Shown here: positions 1 to 10,867 of the stretch, piece after piece
How positions within the stretch are numbered: position 1 is the first letter of the stretch
How the letters are laid out: each line of letters starts with the position of its first letter
Notes under the pieces: model-generated
What the model saw: the letters and a program-made list of their open reading frames with translations, nothing else
Told to the model about the DNA's origin: nothing
Databases searched by the model: none
Program-made: the position numbers and the translations under genes
NCBI RefSeq assembly: GCF_018350175.1
Contig: NC_058369.1
Coordinates: 15,936,001 to 16,000,000, forward strand
DNA: 64,000 nt
Reading direction: 5' to 3'
Source of the DNA: Felis catus
Taxonomy: Eukaryota

Positions 1-270
1 AAGAGAGAGAGAGAAACTCCAACGCAGGCTCCTCACTGGCAGCACAGAGCCCGACGCGGGGCTCAAACTCACGAACCGTGAGATCATGGCTTGAGCCAAA
101 ACCAAGAGTCAGAAACGTAACCAACTGAGTCACCCAGATAGCCTTCTTCCCTCTTTTTATTTTTTTTTAAGATTTTATTTTTAAGTAATCTCCACACCTA
201 ACACAGGATTTGCACTCACAACCCTGAGATCCAGTCGTGCGTTCTACCGACTGAGCCAGCCAGGTGCCCC
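1..270 (-). mobile_element. Two older CAN-SINEs (1-140 partial; 160-270 short form)
   Basis: Antisense tRNA-derived heads (gactgagccagccaggtgcccc). Confidence 0.85.
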
Positions 271-291
271 TCCACTCCTGCCCTGAGTATT

Positions 292-509
292 CTTTTTTTT
301 TTTTTTTCAACATTTATTTATTTTTGGGACAGAGAGAGACACAGCATGAATGGGGGAGGGGCAGAGAGAGAGGGAGACACAGAATCGGAAGCAGACTCCA
401 GGCTCTGAGCCATCAGCCCAGAGCCTGACGCGGGGCTCGAACTCCCGGACCGCGAGATCGTGACCTGGCTGAAGTCGGATGCTTAACCGACTGCGCCACC
501 CAGGCGCCC
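292..509 (-). mobile_element. Young cat-type CAN-SINE
   Basis: Diagnostic gtgacctggctgaagtcgg; TSD cctgccctgagtattctt. Confidence 0.97.
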
Positions 510-789
510 CCCTGCCCTGAGTATTCTTAATAGTGAATGGATTTCCTCTTTACACCAAATGACCAAATTTCCCATGAGCGACTCAACAGAAGAATTGTGA
601 TTTGATATGTTCAGTGTAGAGAATAAAGGCCCTGCTGGTAGAAACTTCTCAGAGCCTTGCAATGTGCAGACACTGTCCTCTTAAACACCAAGCTCACCGT
701 TTGTCCAGCAACTGTGCTTAAGGTGATGTGGACAGGACGCGCTAACATTGCTCTCGGTTAAGTGAAGGATGAAAAAAGTGTGTGAGACA

Positions 790-1240
790 AACAATCCCTG
801 ACCTGTGAACTCTTCCATCTGGTAGGGGGTGTGAGACAGAGACAGATGACTCCAGAAATGAAGAGGAACACACTCAGGGCTCTGCCTGGGCCAGGGAGGG
901 AGAGACCATTTCTACCTGGAATCTGAGGCAGAAAGACTTCACGGAGGAAGTGGCTTTTGAGCAGGTCTTTGAAAAAAGGACAGGATTTGGAAAGGGAGGG
1001 GATATGGGGGAGATAGCCGAAGCCAACAGAATGCCCAATACAAAGGTGAGGGGGGAGGGCACAAACTCACGTGGACTGTAGGGCAGGGTGGGAAGGTTGC
1101 AATGGGCCATGGATTTCAGGCAAAGCATCTTGGGCTTTTCTGGGAAGACAAAGGGAACTACTGAAGGGTTTAGAGCAGGGGAGAAGAACAATCCTCATGG
1201 TGCGTTAGGAAGATAAATCCAGTGATACAGGATGGAGTAA
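790..1240 (-). mobile_element. L2 LINE fragment
   Basis: gaaagacttcacggaggaagtggcttttgagcaggtctttgaa and following sequence are typical of antisense L2. Confidence 0.55.
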
Positions 1241-1454
1241 AGACCCCAGAATCACGCAGGGACGTGGGTTAGAAGACAAGGGTACATGTGAGGCAAAGAG
1301 AGATCAATGGCTAATAAGAGAGGGGCCAGAAGAACCCAGAGAGGAATTTGGCCAAGAGGCACCATGACAGAGGAGTCAAAGCACCGGGAGCAATAGAAGA
1401 CTGATTGAAAACAAGAAAGCAAAGACCAAACAGAATGTATCATATGTCAAAAAG

Positions 1455-1468
1455 GAAAGAGAAAGAAA

Positions 1469-1513
<45 letters not shown>
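1455..1513 (+). repeat. (GAAA)n microsatellite
   Basis: Directly visible. Confidence 0.95.
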
Positions 1514-1514
<1 letters not shown>

Positions 1515-1729
1515 CACATGCGGATTATTTGCTGGGCTCGGGTGGGCTGCCCATCTCTTAAAGGATGGGAAAGGAAGCAGGGGTAGCCTTGGGTGTCTTT
1601 GGGAAGAAATGTGAGTGCAGAACACAAGTGTGACTTTCCTCCGAAACCACTTGTGCCTTTTGGCTTGTGGACTGTGGAACCACATTACCAATGAAAGATA
1701 AACACAAACCTTTAGAATTATATATTTAA

Positions 1730-1790
1730 AAGAAGAAGAAGAAGAAGAAGAAGAAGAAGAAGAAGAAGAAGATGAAGAAGAAGAAGAAGA
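1730..1790 (+). repeat. (GAA)n microsatellite, about 20 units with one GAT interruption
   Basis: Directly visible. Confidence 0.97.
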
Positions 1791-2204
1791 CAAGCTAGGC
1801 TGCTCTTCAGATGTGGTATCCATTCCACCAGCCACGAGGGCATTGGGAACTTTGAAGTACCTTTGATCTCTTTTGTGGTTCAGCCAGAATGTACTATAAA
1901 GAGCAATCATGTGAAGACTTAACTACACATCACAGGGTTTCCTCTCGCATTGGGAAGTGACATCTGTCCTTAGGTAAGCACAGGTGCGGAATATAGGTGT
2001 TGGTTCATATCCCCAGACCCCTGAGAGCTTTTAGGAGCCCTGTGACCTACACAGGACCGCACATAACCAAATCATGGGCCCAGCATGCTCCATTTGGCCC
2101 CCCAGCCCCAACACTGTCCAACAGAACTAACTACGGCGATAGAAATGTTCTCAACCTGCGTTGCCCAATAGGGCCACCAGTCTTTGAAATACTGAATTTT
2201 TAAT

Positions 2205-2404
2205 TTGTTAAGGTTTATTTACTTTTGAGAGACAGAGAGAGACAGAGAGGGAAGGGGAGGACAGAGAGAGAGGGGTACAGAGGACCCGAAGCAGGCTCCA
2301 TGCCGACAGCAGAGAGACTGACGTGGGGCTCGAACCCACAAACCACGAGATTGTGACCTGAGCCGAAGTTGGATGCTTAATCAACTGAGACAACCAGGCA
2401 TCCC
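2205..2404 (-). mobile_element. CAN-SINE
   Basis: Head, (AG)n and T tail; flanking repeat ctgaattttt. Confidence 0.92.
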
Positions 2405-2567
2405 TGAATTTTTCACCCCTGTCACCTTGTCTCTTTGTATCTATTCCACCTACACATCAAGCTTCCGGGAGCCAGCTAACACTCATCTTCAACACTGTGT
2501 GACAGATCAAGGAAAATACCAGGGGCTGTAAAGACGAATAGGACCCACTTCTAGGAAACTCACTCAC

Positions 2568-2629
2568 TGTTCAGTGGAAGACACCCATCTGAATCCAATG
2601 GTGATAATGGAACATGGTGGGTATTTCTC
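2568..2629 (-). other. Candidate 62-nt spliced exon (non-coding or 5' UTR)
   Basis: Acceptor cccttccgctttctgttacag|G and donor ACA|GTGAGT, with a tandem alternative GTGAGT 4 nt further on. Confidence 0.35.
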
Positions 2630-2689
2630 CTGTAACAGAAAGCGGAAGGGTGAGGTGAAGCCAAGTGTGCACGGAAAGTCACCTTCTGC

Positions 2690-3200
2690 TTCGGTGGGGT
2701 TCCCCCAAGAGCAGTTCCTGAGCGATGATTTGAGAGCAAAGAGTTTATTTGAAAAGTGCTGGGAACTCTGGTGGGGAGCGGGGAAAGAAGACAGGAAGGG
2801 GAGGGTGCTAGCAGAGGGTTCATTTTGAAGTACCTTCTGCTGGGGGGGGGGGGTGACTGGAGCGCCAAACCACTGGAAGACCCGTGGCCACAAGGTAACT
2901 CCTACTCAGCTATCCCGCTGGAGGGGGAGTCGGGGTATTTATATTCTGCCCTGTCAGTCACTGGCTGATGGCTGCTCCCAGGGGATGTTAATTCCCCAGC
3001 ACTTCCGGCCTGACTGGCTCTGGCAGATGCTTTTTTCCAGCTGGGGGGAGAGTTCCCAGGCAACACGATGTAGATGCTGGATGTTGGAAGCCAGCCGGGC
3101 ACACTCAGTTAAGGCTTCAGGGATAACGCATCGGCCGCATATTTGAACATGTTTGTGAACAACTTTCCGGTGAAGCCAAGGGTGGACATGAGAGTGGTGT
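2690..3200 (-). mobile_element. ERVL solo LTR, LTR16-like
   Basis: Minus strand reads ggaagtgctggggaattaacatcccc..gtgactgacagg..atataaatacccc..caaataaactctttgctctcaaatc..cttgggggaacccc, matching the recalled LTR16 layout. Confidence 0.7.
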
Positions 3201-3371
3201 CCAGGCAGGTGGGTCAATGTGTCAGAAGGCACAAAGGCACAAAAGGGCACTACAGAGAGCCCGCTGTGGCAAGCTTAGGAGTCTCCCAGACAATGGCAGG
3301 TGGCCTTGAACAGGCCTCAGCTTTGACTCCCTGCTCCTCCTTCTCTCTGTTGAGCATCACAGTCTGCTAGT

Positions 3372-3580
3372 TTTTTGTTTTTTTTTTTTTTAGTCTATTT
3401 GTGTATTTTGAGACAGAGAGAAAGCAGGATCAGGGGAAGGGCAGAGAGAGAAAGAATCCCAGGCAGCCTCCTCAATTTCAGCATTGTGCCCGATGCGGGG
3501 CTTGAACTCACAAACCTTGAGTTCGGCCTGAGTCGAAACCAAGAGTGAGATGCTTAACCGACTGAACCACCCAGGTGCCC
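3372..3580 (-). mobile_element. CAN-SINE
   Basis: TSD ctgctagttt. Confidence 0.92.
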
Positions 3581-3612
3581 CACACTCTGCTAGTTTAAAA
3601 AAGATGATCCTT

Positions 3613-3830
3613 GGGGTGCCTGGGTGGCTCAGTCGGTTAAGCATCTGACTTCAGCCCAGGTCACGATCTCACGGTTCATGGGTTCGAGCCCCGCATTGAG
3701 CTCTGTGCTGACAGCACAGAGCCCGGACCCTGCTTCGGATTCTGTGTCTCCCTCTCTCTCTGCCCCTCCCCAGTTCGTGCTCTGTCTCTCTATCTCTCAA
3801 AAATAAATAAAAAATTAAAAAAAAAATAAT
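3613..3830 (+). mobile_element. CAN-SINE
   Basis: TSD aaagatgatcctt. Confidence 0.95.
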
Positions 3831-4699
3831 AAAGATGATCCTTTCCCAGCTTGAGTTTCTGAGGGTTTCTTCAAATCCCAGAATGAAAATTCTAAAGTCT
3901 GGTTCTTAACAAACCCGGTTCCTGTCTTTCATAGCTGTGGGCTTTCAACAACTTCATTCGGGTTTTCTTCCACTTCTGCCCAGTTTAAATCCCCGGTATA
4001 GTTACGGTCATCTTTCTCCATCCACTGACCTCTTCTAGGGATCTGTGAATTAGGACCCATGAGCCGAAAACGGCCCATGGCCCACGCTACAAATAAAGTT
4101 TCACTGGAACGCAGCTGAGCTCTTTTGCTTATGAACAATAAGCACAGACCATGAGTCTGTGGTCAATCCCATAGATTCTGTATTCCAAAGTAGACTATAA
4201 GCAGAACTTCCACAGGAACTTGAAAAACAGGTTTTCTGACTCTGGAGACCGCCTCATCTATATTGGGGACATGAGTGCATTGATGAAAATGGGGAGGTAT
4301 TTGAAAAGGGGTCCTTTGTAGAAAACTGCGGGTGCCATGTGCCCTGGGCGGGAAGGAAATGGCAGGTGGGTGCTTGTCTCTCACCTCAAGCCTGGCGAGA
4401 ACGATGCCACTGGCCTCCCCTGGGAGCTCGGTACGAGTCGCCCTGGTTAAAGAGGCTTTGTGCGCAGGCTCCGATCGGCCAAGGGGGAGCTAGTCCGCTG
4501 GCCACTGTCCTATGCCATCAGAAGAAGAGCTTCCTCCTGCGGTCTAGACTTTTGGCCCTGAGCGAAGCCTCTCCATTTTCAGACGGGGAGAGATTTTTTC
4601 CTGGCTTAGTTTGAGATCCTGGAAAATTGACCCCAACAGGCGGAAGCTCATGCCTGACCTGCAGACACCGGCTTCGGTCACAGTTGCAACGTGAAACGT

Positions 4700-4717
4700 G
4701 GACGCTAGAGGGCACTC
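4700..4717 (+). promoter_or_regulatory. CTCF-like motif
   Basis: GGACGCTAGAGGGCACTC resembles the CTCF core CCACTAGRGGGC[A/G]C. Confidence 0.4.
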
Positions 4718-5271
4718 GTCCACACCAGGGCCCAGGGGTCCCTCAGGCAGCCAGCCCACGTGGTAGCTGGGAGGGGAGGTTTTGAGGTCACAGCAAGACA
4801 CTCAAGCTTGCCTGTATCCGGTGTGGTCCAGCTGTGTTGCAAAACTTGAGGGGATGCCATTTTTATCCCCAGGGATCCGGCGACGCCGTGCCCAAGAAGG
4901 CGCAGTGGAAGGCAGGAAACACAGGTTGGATTTATTATCATCTGGGCCAATTCCTAGTTCGGGATGTGGGATTTTGGTAAACTGGTTATAGCTCAAGGCC
5001 TATGAAATTCCACGACCTCCTCCTAAACCAAAATTCAATTCTTATTCCAGAGGCCCATGCCCAAGCCCAAAGCACGGGGGCGGGGGGGCGCGGCGGGCGC
5101 TGAAAACACGCATGAATAAAGGAGAACAGAGAAAAACAAGAAAAACAAGATCGGGGGGCCCGGCCCTTGTGAGGCACACCCTGATTCAACATACAGCTGC
5201 TTGGGGTGGGGAGGTGGGCGTCGGGGGCGGGTGGTGGAAATAGACAGACTCGTTAGTGCCCGCAGGGGACC

Positions 5272-5450
5272 TTTTAATATACAGACGCCCCGGCTGCCAG
5301 TGTGTGCGACCCCATCCGGACTCGGAAGCCTGGCAATCGTACGAGAACTCCTCTGACCCAGAGCAAGGGCGAATGAGCCCATCCTGTGTTGCGCAATCGG
5401 GAGGCTGTTCATCTGTCAAACCCCAGCTGGTCACACTTGCTGATGACTTA
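5272..5450 (-). promoter_or_regulatory. Candidate Pol II promoter: TATA box, palindromic C/EBP site and MARE/AP-1-like site
   Basis: TATATTAAAA on the minus strand at 5281-5272; GTTGCGCAAT at 5388-5397; TGCTGATGACTT at 5438-5449; locally CpG-enriched unique sequence at about 4400-5850. Confidence 0.4.
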
Positions 5451-6106
5451 CACTTACAACTGTCCTGGTCTTTATGAGGGTTGGCGGCGGGGAGGGGCAG
5501 CGAAGGGAAAGGTAAAACCAAACCTTGGTGGCTGGCCACAAGGTGACACTTGATCTAATCAAAGAGTGTATATCTAGGACATCCTGGCCGAGGCGCTCGG
5601 ATCCGCTCCCTGCCCTTCTCCACCCTGCCCTGCCCCTGAACAGCTGCCCTGCACGGATGCCGCCAGAATTCTCTCTTGCTCTCGGGATGGAGGCCGTGGG
5701 GAGCTCCTGGAGGAGGCTGGAAGAAAGGGGGAGAGTAGGATCAGTGTGGATTCCCCCAGCCCTTCCTGAGGCAGCACCGGGGGCCGGGAGCACCCCGACT
5801 GCGGTGGGCCTCTCCACTCTGCTTCGCCCACCCCTCACCCCTTCAGGGCCGCTAACAAACCCAGCTGCTACTCATCAGGGGGCTGCTGTGCCCCTTCATC
5901 CTGCTCTCACCTTGGTTGGCCCCTTTATTAAACTCGCCTCAAAGTGCCCAATTTGAGTGTGTCAGTTATTTCCCATAGGGACCCCGAGTGACACAAGGAG
6001 ACGATATATAGCACAGGAAAAGAAGCTGGCGAAGAAAAAGACAAAAATGGGATGTTACATAAGCATTCCAGGAAGACTTCCTGGAGAAGGAGGCAGGGGG
6101 CCGGGT

Positions 6107-6339
6107 CTTTTTTTTTTTCTTTAATTTTTTTTTTTTAACATTTATTTATTTTTGAGACAGAGAGAGACAGAGCATGAATGGGGGGAGGGCCAGAGAGAGA
6201 GGGAGACACAGAATCTGAAGCAGGCTCCAGGCTCTGAGCTGTCAGCACAGAGCCTGATGCGGGGCTCGAACTCACGGACCGTGAGATCGTGACCTGAGCG
6301 AAGTTGGACGCTCAATCGACTGAGCCACCCAGGCGCCCC
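6107..6339 (-). mobile_element. CAN-SINE
   Basis: TSD ggccgggtctt. Confidence 0.95.
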
Positions 6340-7227
6340 GGAGGCCGGGTCTTAAAGGCAGGAAGCTATACCTCTAAGGAGAGCTGTGGAAAGGGGCTAT
6401 GCAGAGCAGCCTTGGGATGGGGGAGAATGTTCGGGGAGCAGAGACTAGCAGTAGGTGTGGAATGGAGAAATTGGGAAGATTAGAAGTGAAGGGTCTGGAA
6501 GCAAGGACACTTTGAGACCTGAATTAAGAACCTTAAAGCCACAGGTTTGAACGTGCCCTGTCGGCAATGGGGAGTGACACTGCTCCAGACACAATGCGGG
6601 GTGGGGCGTGGGGCTGCCTGGCTCGTGATGATTCCCACCAGTGACCATCACCAGGCCCCTCCCAGGTCCCCTTGACTTGTTTGATCCAAGGGCGACTGAC
6701 CTTAGCCTGACAAGAGCTAGGCCCCTTGGAATTTGAAAACTCAAATGAAGACACACAGAGATGGGTATAAGGTGTCGACCCTGTAATGGCCGTGGCCTAG
6801 AGAGAGGCTGCATGACCTCCTGAGCTCGGGTGGCCCTTCCTTCTTCCATTCCAGGCACTGTCCAGACCACGCCCACGCAGCCATTCTTAGCTGAAGCTGG
6901 GGTTGTTTATAAACCAAGGTTAACTGACGTGGAGGTAGGAGCAGGTTGCAGGCGGCAGACTTCCACGGGGGTGAGGCTCAGACCTCACGTTCCCGAGTGG
7001 GAAGGTGGTAGCCCAGGTGACCCGGTGATGAAACAATTCGTCGTCCGCTGCTGACAGCAGAGCCTGGCCAGCAGTGGATGGTGGGTGGCAGGAAGATGCT
7101 GTTATTCACCAGTCTACAGAGGGGGAGGCCTGGCAGACCCAGAGGGTGGGACGGATGCCTCGGAAGCTGCCAAGCAACTTAAATCAAGGCGGGGGAGGAG
7201 GGGGAAGAACCCAAATACTGAAATTTT

Positions 7228-7445
7228 CTTTTTTTTTTTTTTAATGTTTATTTATTTTTGAGACAGAGAGAGACAGAGCATGAACGGGGGAGGGGCAGAG
7301 AGAGAGGGAGACACAGAATCGGAAGCAGGCTCCAGGCTCCGAGCCATCAGCCCAGAGCCCGACGCGGGGCTCGAACTCGCCGACCGCGAGATCGTGACCT
7401 GAGCCGAAGTCGGCCACTCAACCGACTGAGCCACCCAGGCGCCCC
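7228..7445 (-). mobile_element. CAN-SINE
   Basis: TSD aaattttc. Confidence 0.95.
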
Positions 7446-8851
7446 TCAAATTTTCATCTTCAAGTCAGAGTAAAACTTAGAGCCTTTCTGTGACCATGTT
7501 GGGAAAAAAAAAACCTCTTTATTACTTAACAGCTGCCAAGTTAAGGCTGTTGGAAACCAATCAGAGCCTAAATCGGCAGGCGTCTTAATTATAACGTGAG
7601 TTGAATGCACACGCTGGCCAAAAAGCACATGTGAATATTAGAGCATGAACCGGGACAGACTGAGAACGTGCAGGAACGGGGACCTCTGGTAGGATGCAGA
7701 GGACCCGGGAACACCCCATCTTCCATCACCTTCTAGCGCGCTGCCTCCTGCGCCTCTCTCCCCGCAGGAAGCCACTTTTCCCGAACATGAGAGAGCTAAC
7801 CGTTCGCCTCATGGCCCCCTCCTCACGGTGGTGCACCTAGTAAGTAGGAGTTTAATTTCACATGGGCCAGAAGATAAAATGCAGAGTCAGAGTAGGGGGG
7901 AAAATTCCAGAAGAAATGACAGAAATTGTTCCATTTAATTGTGCAGTTAGCAAAGATCTGGGTTTGGGTTTTGGGAGTGATAAAAGTAGGCAGAACAGCG
8001 TTCTGGCTTGGGCTAAATTTCCGGATACGCGTGCTCGCCAGCAATATTGAACTCGGTGGCAAAGCTTCGAAGAGTTTGCTGATTGGACTAAGACAGATGT
8101 GGATCAAATGCTGGTCTACGCTAGGTGAATGTGAAAGGTCAGGGATCCGTTGGGATAATCTGGAAGGAGGCTGGAACATTATATTACCTCTGCCATGTGG
8201 GTTCTGGCCAATCTACTTCACTCTTTCCCTCTAGAGCAAGGAATACAAGATAAGAGAAGGAATGCACCTGGAATGGTAGTGGGAGGGGCTATAATTGAAA
8301 TATGACTTTTGACCTTGACGAGGGAGAGGGCACACTAAGCATGCCTCGTTACCTGCCAGAAACAATGGGTGTGGCCAGTAAAAAAGCCTCTTGAAGAAGG
8401 ATGATAATCAGAACTCAAGGGGTGATCTGACACCCAGAGACCTTTGTGTTCATTCATTATGGGAACTCCAGAAATTGACTCATGTCTTACATAAGAAATT
8501 TTCAGGTCTGGTAACAAAACAAAACAAAACAAAACAACAACAACAACAAAACCAACCAGACCAATCTTGAGTTGCTTTAGGAGACAATATGGCCTCTCTC
8601 CAAATTCTCAGAAGTGAGTCATTTCATAAAACCAGGGCCTCTTGAAGCCACACATCTTTGAGGAAGAACTTTGCAATATTGTCACACAGCCCCAGGCTTT
8701 CCAAATGAACCTTGTGCCAAATACCGAGAACGTCAGCACCCTTCCTCAGCCCCAGCTTCAAACACTCTGCAGTCAGGCGATAGTCCCCCAGGCAGGAGAT
8801 TGGAGGATTCTTCTCTGCAGAAACAGATGACCCCAGAGAAAAACACACACA

Positions 8852-9206
8852 ACAACAATGGGGATGGAACTAGATTGTCTTATGCTAAGCGAAATAAGTC
8901 AAAGACAAATATCACACGATTTCACTCGTATGTGGAATTTAGGAAACACAGCAGATGAACATAGGGGCAGGGAAGCAAAAAAATAAAATAAAATGAAAAC
9001 AGAGAAGGAGGCAAACCATAAGAGATTCTTAACTACAGAAAACAAACTGAGGGTTGCTAGAGGGGAGCTGGGGGGGATGGGCTAAGTGGACGATGGGTAC
9101 TAAGGAGGGCACTTGTTGGGATGAGCACTGGGTTATAGGTAGGTGATGAATCACTAAATTCTACTCCTGAAATCATTATTACACTATATGTTAACTAACT
9201 TGGATT

Positions 9207-9250
<44 letters not shown>

Positions 9251-9328
9251 AGAAAGAAAGGGAGAGAGAGAGAGGGAGGGAGGAAGGAAGGAAGGAAGGA
9301 AGGAAGGAAGGAAGGAAGGAAGGAAGGA
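8852..9328 (+). mobile_element. Carnivore L1 3' end; poly(A) tail converted to (GAAA)n(GGAA)n
   Basis: ggatggaactag..tatgctaagcgaaataagtc followed by L1 3' UTR; flanked by the direct repeat aaaaacac. Confidence 0.85.
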
Positions 9329-9670
9329 AAAAACACCTACAGGGACTGATGTTCAAGGGGTCCCCCAGCATAAAGACCAGCACCCTATCACCTATGGCAA
9401 AGACCGCCATGGGGACAAGCCCCGCCCACTCAGTGCTTCCAATCAGCTGTGGTGTGTCCTATTAAATATAAATGGAATGCCATGGATTGCCAGACATTTG
9501 AGGACAACTATCTTTGTGGAAGGTCGTGACTGGAATAACATCTGGGAGAAAAGGAACTCAGAAAAGAGAAAGATGAGGGCATAAAAAAACTAAACACAAA
9601 AACAACAACCACATATACATTCTCAGACAAACAAAAGAAGCGTGTGGATCTCTGAAGCAAAGAGAAAAGG

Positions 9671-9707
<37 letters not shown>

Positions 9708-10647
9708 ATAGGTAGGCACATAGGTAGAAATTGGAGAACATTCTTGGAAATTAAAAATATGATGCCAGCAACTGTATAAGAAAAGTTAACAGAAGGTTTG
9801 AAAGACAAAGCTGAGTAGAAAAACGAACTGTCAACAGACAATAGTAATCATCAAAACCAGGACCTGGCTTTAGAAACCACACTGTGGCTTAGCCACCGTG
9901 CAATGGGAGAGAGAAGACAAAAATCAGAGTCTGGTCGGAGGAAAGAAGGGGAGTGGCGTGTAGGACGGTGTCCAAAATTTGACCAAAGGACTTTGGAACA
10001 GACTAGGGGGGAAACGTTGGAAAGGGTATTATCACGTAATAGCAGCGGTAGTGATCCAGAAGTTTCCAGGACAGAAGTACATCACTCTCTCGCATGAAGG
10101 GGTACAGGGGTTCAGCTCAGTAATTGGACGCAGACTCTCTCCAAAGCACACTCTTATGAAATTCTAGAACAGCAGGGATAGACAAGAAGAAAAAAATGGT
10201 CAACAAAAAGGAACCAAAATGGACCAGACCCTCAACAACACTGACTGATGGAAGACACAACCTGGAAATGTACTTGAAGTCAACGTGTGGACCAAGTATG
10301 CAGGGACAGTATGGATACTTTTAAACATGTGAGGACCTTAACATTTGCCTCCAACTTACCCCTTCTCAAGAAGAGACGGTATTCACACTTCCACCAAATG
10401 AGGGAGTAAGCAAGAAAGAGGGGTTCCTAGGATCCTGGAAATGGGGTTCAACACAGAAGAGCAGCCAAGGGAACTTCAGGACCCCCGCACCTCCCCCCCA
10501 GAGCGGTCAGCCCGGACCCGTCTTGAGAAAGAACATAGAGTTCGTGAGGTTTGAGCCTTTTGAAAAATTTTTGCTAGGCAATAATTGACGGGTCAAATTA
10601 GAATATTTTGGGGGAATTGGTGATAGGTATTAAAAAAAACCCTAAGC

Positions 10648-10867
10648 GGAGGCGCCTGGGTGGCTCAGTCGGCTAAGCGTCCGACTTCGGCTCAGGTCAT
10701 GATCTCGCGGTTCGTGAGTTCAAGCCCCGCGTCGGGCTCTGTGCTGACAGCTCAGAGCCTGGAGCCTGTTTCAGATTCTGTGTCTCCCTCTCTCTCTCTC
10801 TGACCCTCCCCTGTTCATGCGCTGTCTCTCTGTCTCAAAAATAAAGAAATGTTACAAAAAAAAAAAA
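10648..10867 (+). mobile_element. CAN-SINE inside HAL1
   Basis: TSD aaaaaccctaagcgga. Confidence 0.95.

Noticed and set aside
2954..3250. 98-aa minus-strand ORF considered as a continuation of the Tudor fossil
   Set aside because: It overlaps the LTR16-like element and the motif spacing does not fit a Tudor domain.
500..5300. Possible microRNA host (for example miR-122) downstream of the C/EBP-TATA promoter
   Set aside because: I found no mature miRNA or hairpin that I recognise on either strand.
7252..7473. Recurrent ORFs such as GAWVAQSV.. and RQRETEHERGRG..
   Set aside because: These are translations of CAN-SINEs and recur throughout the window.
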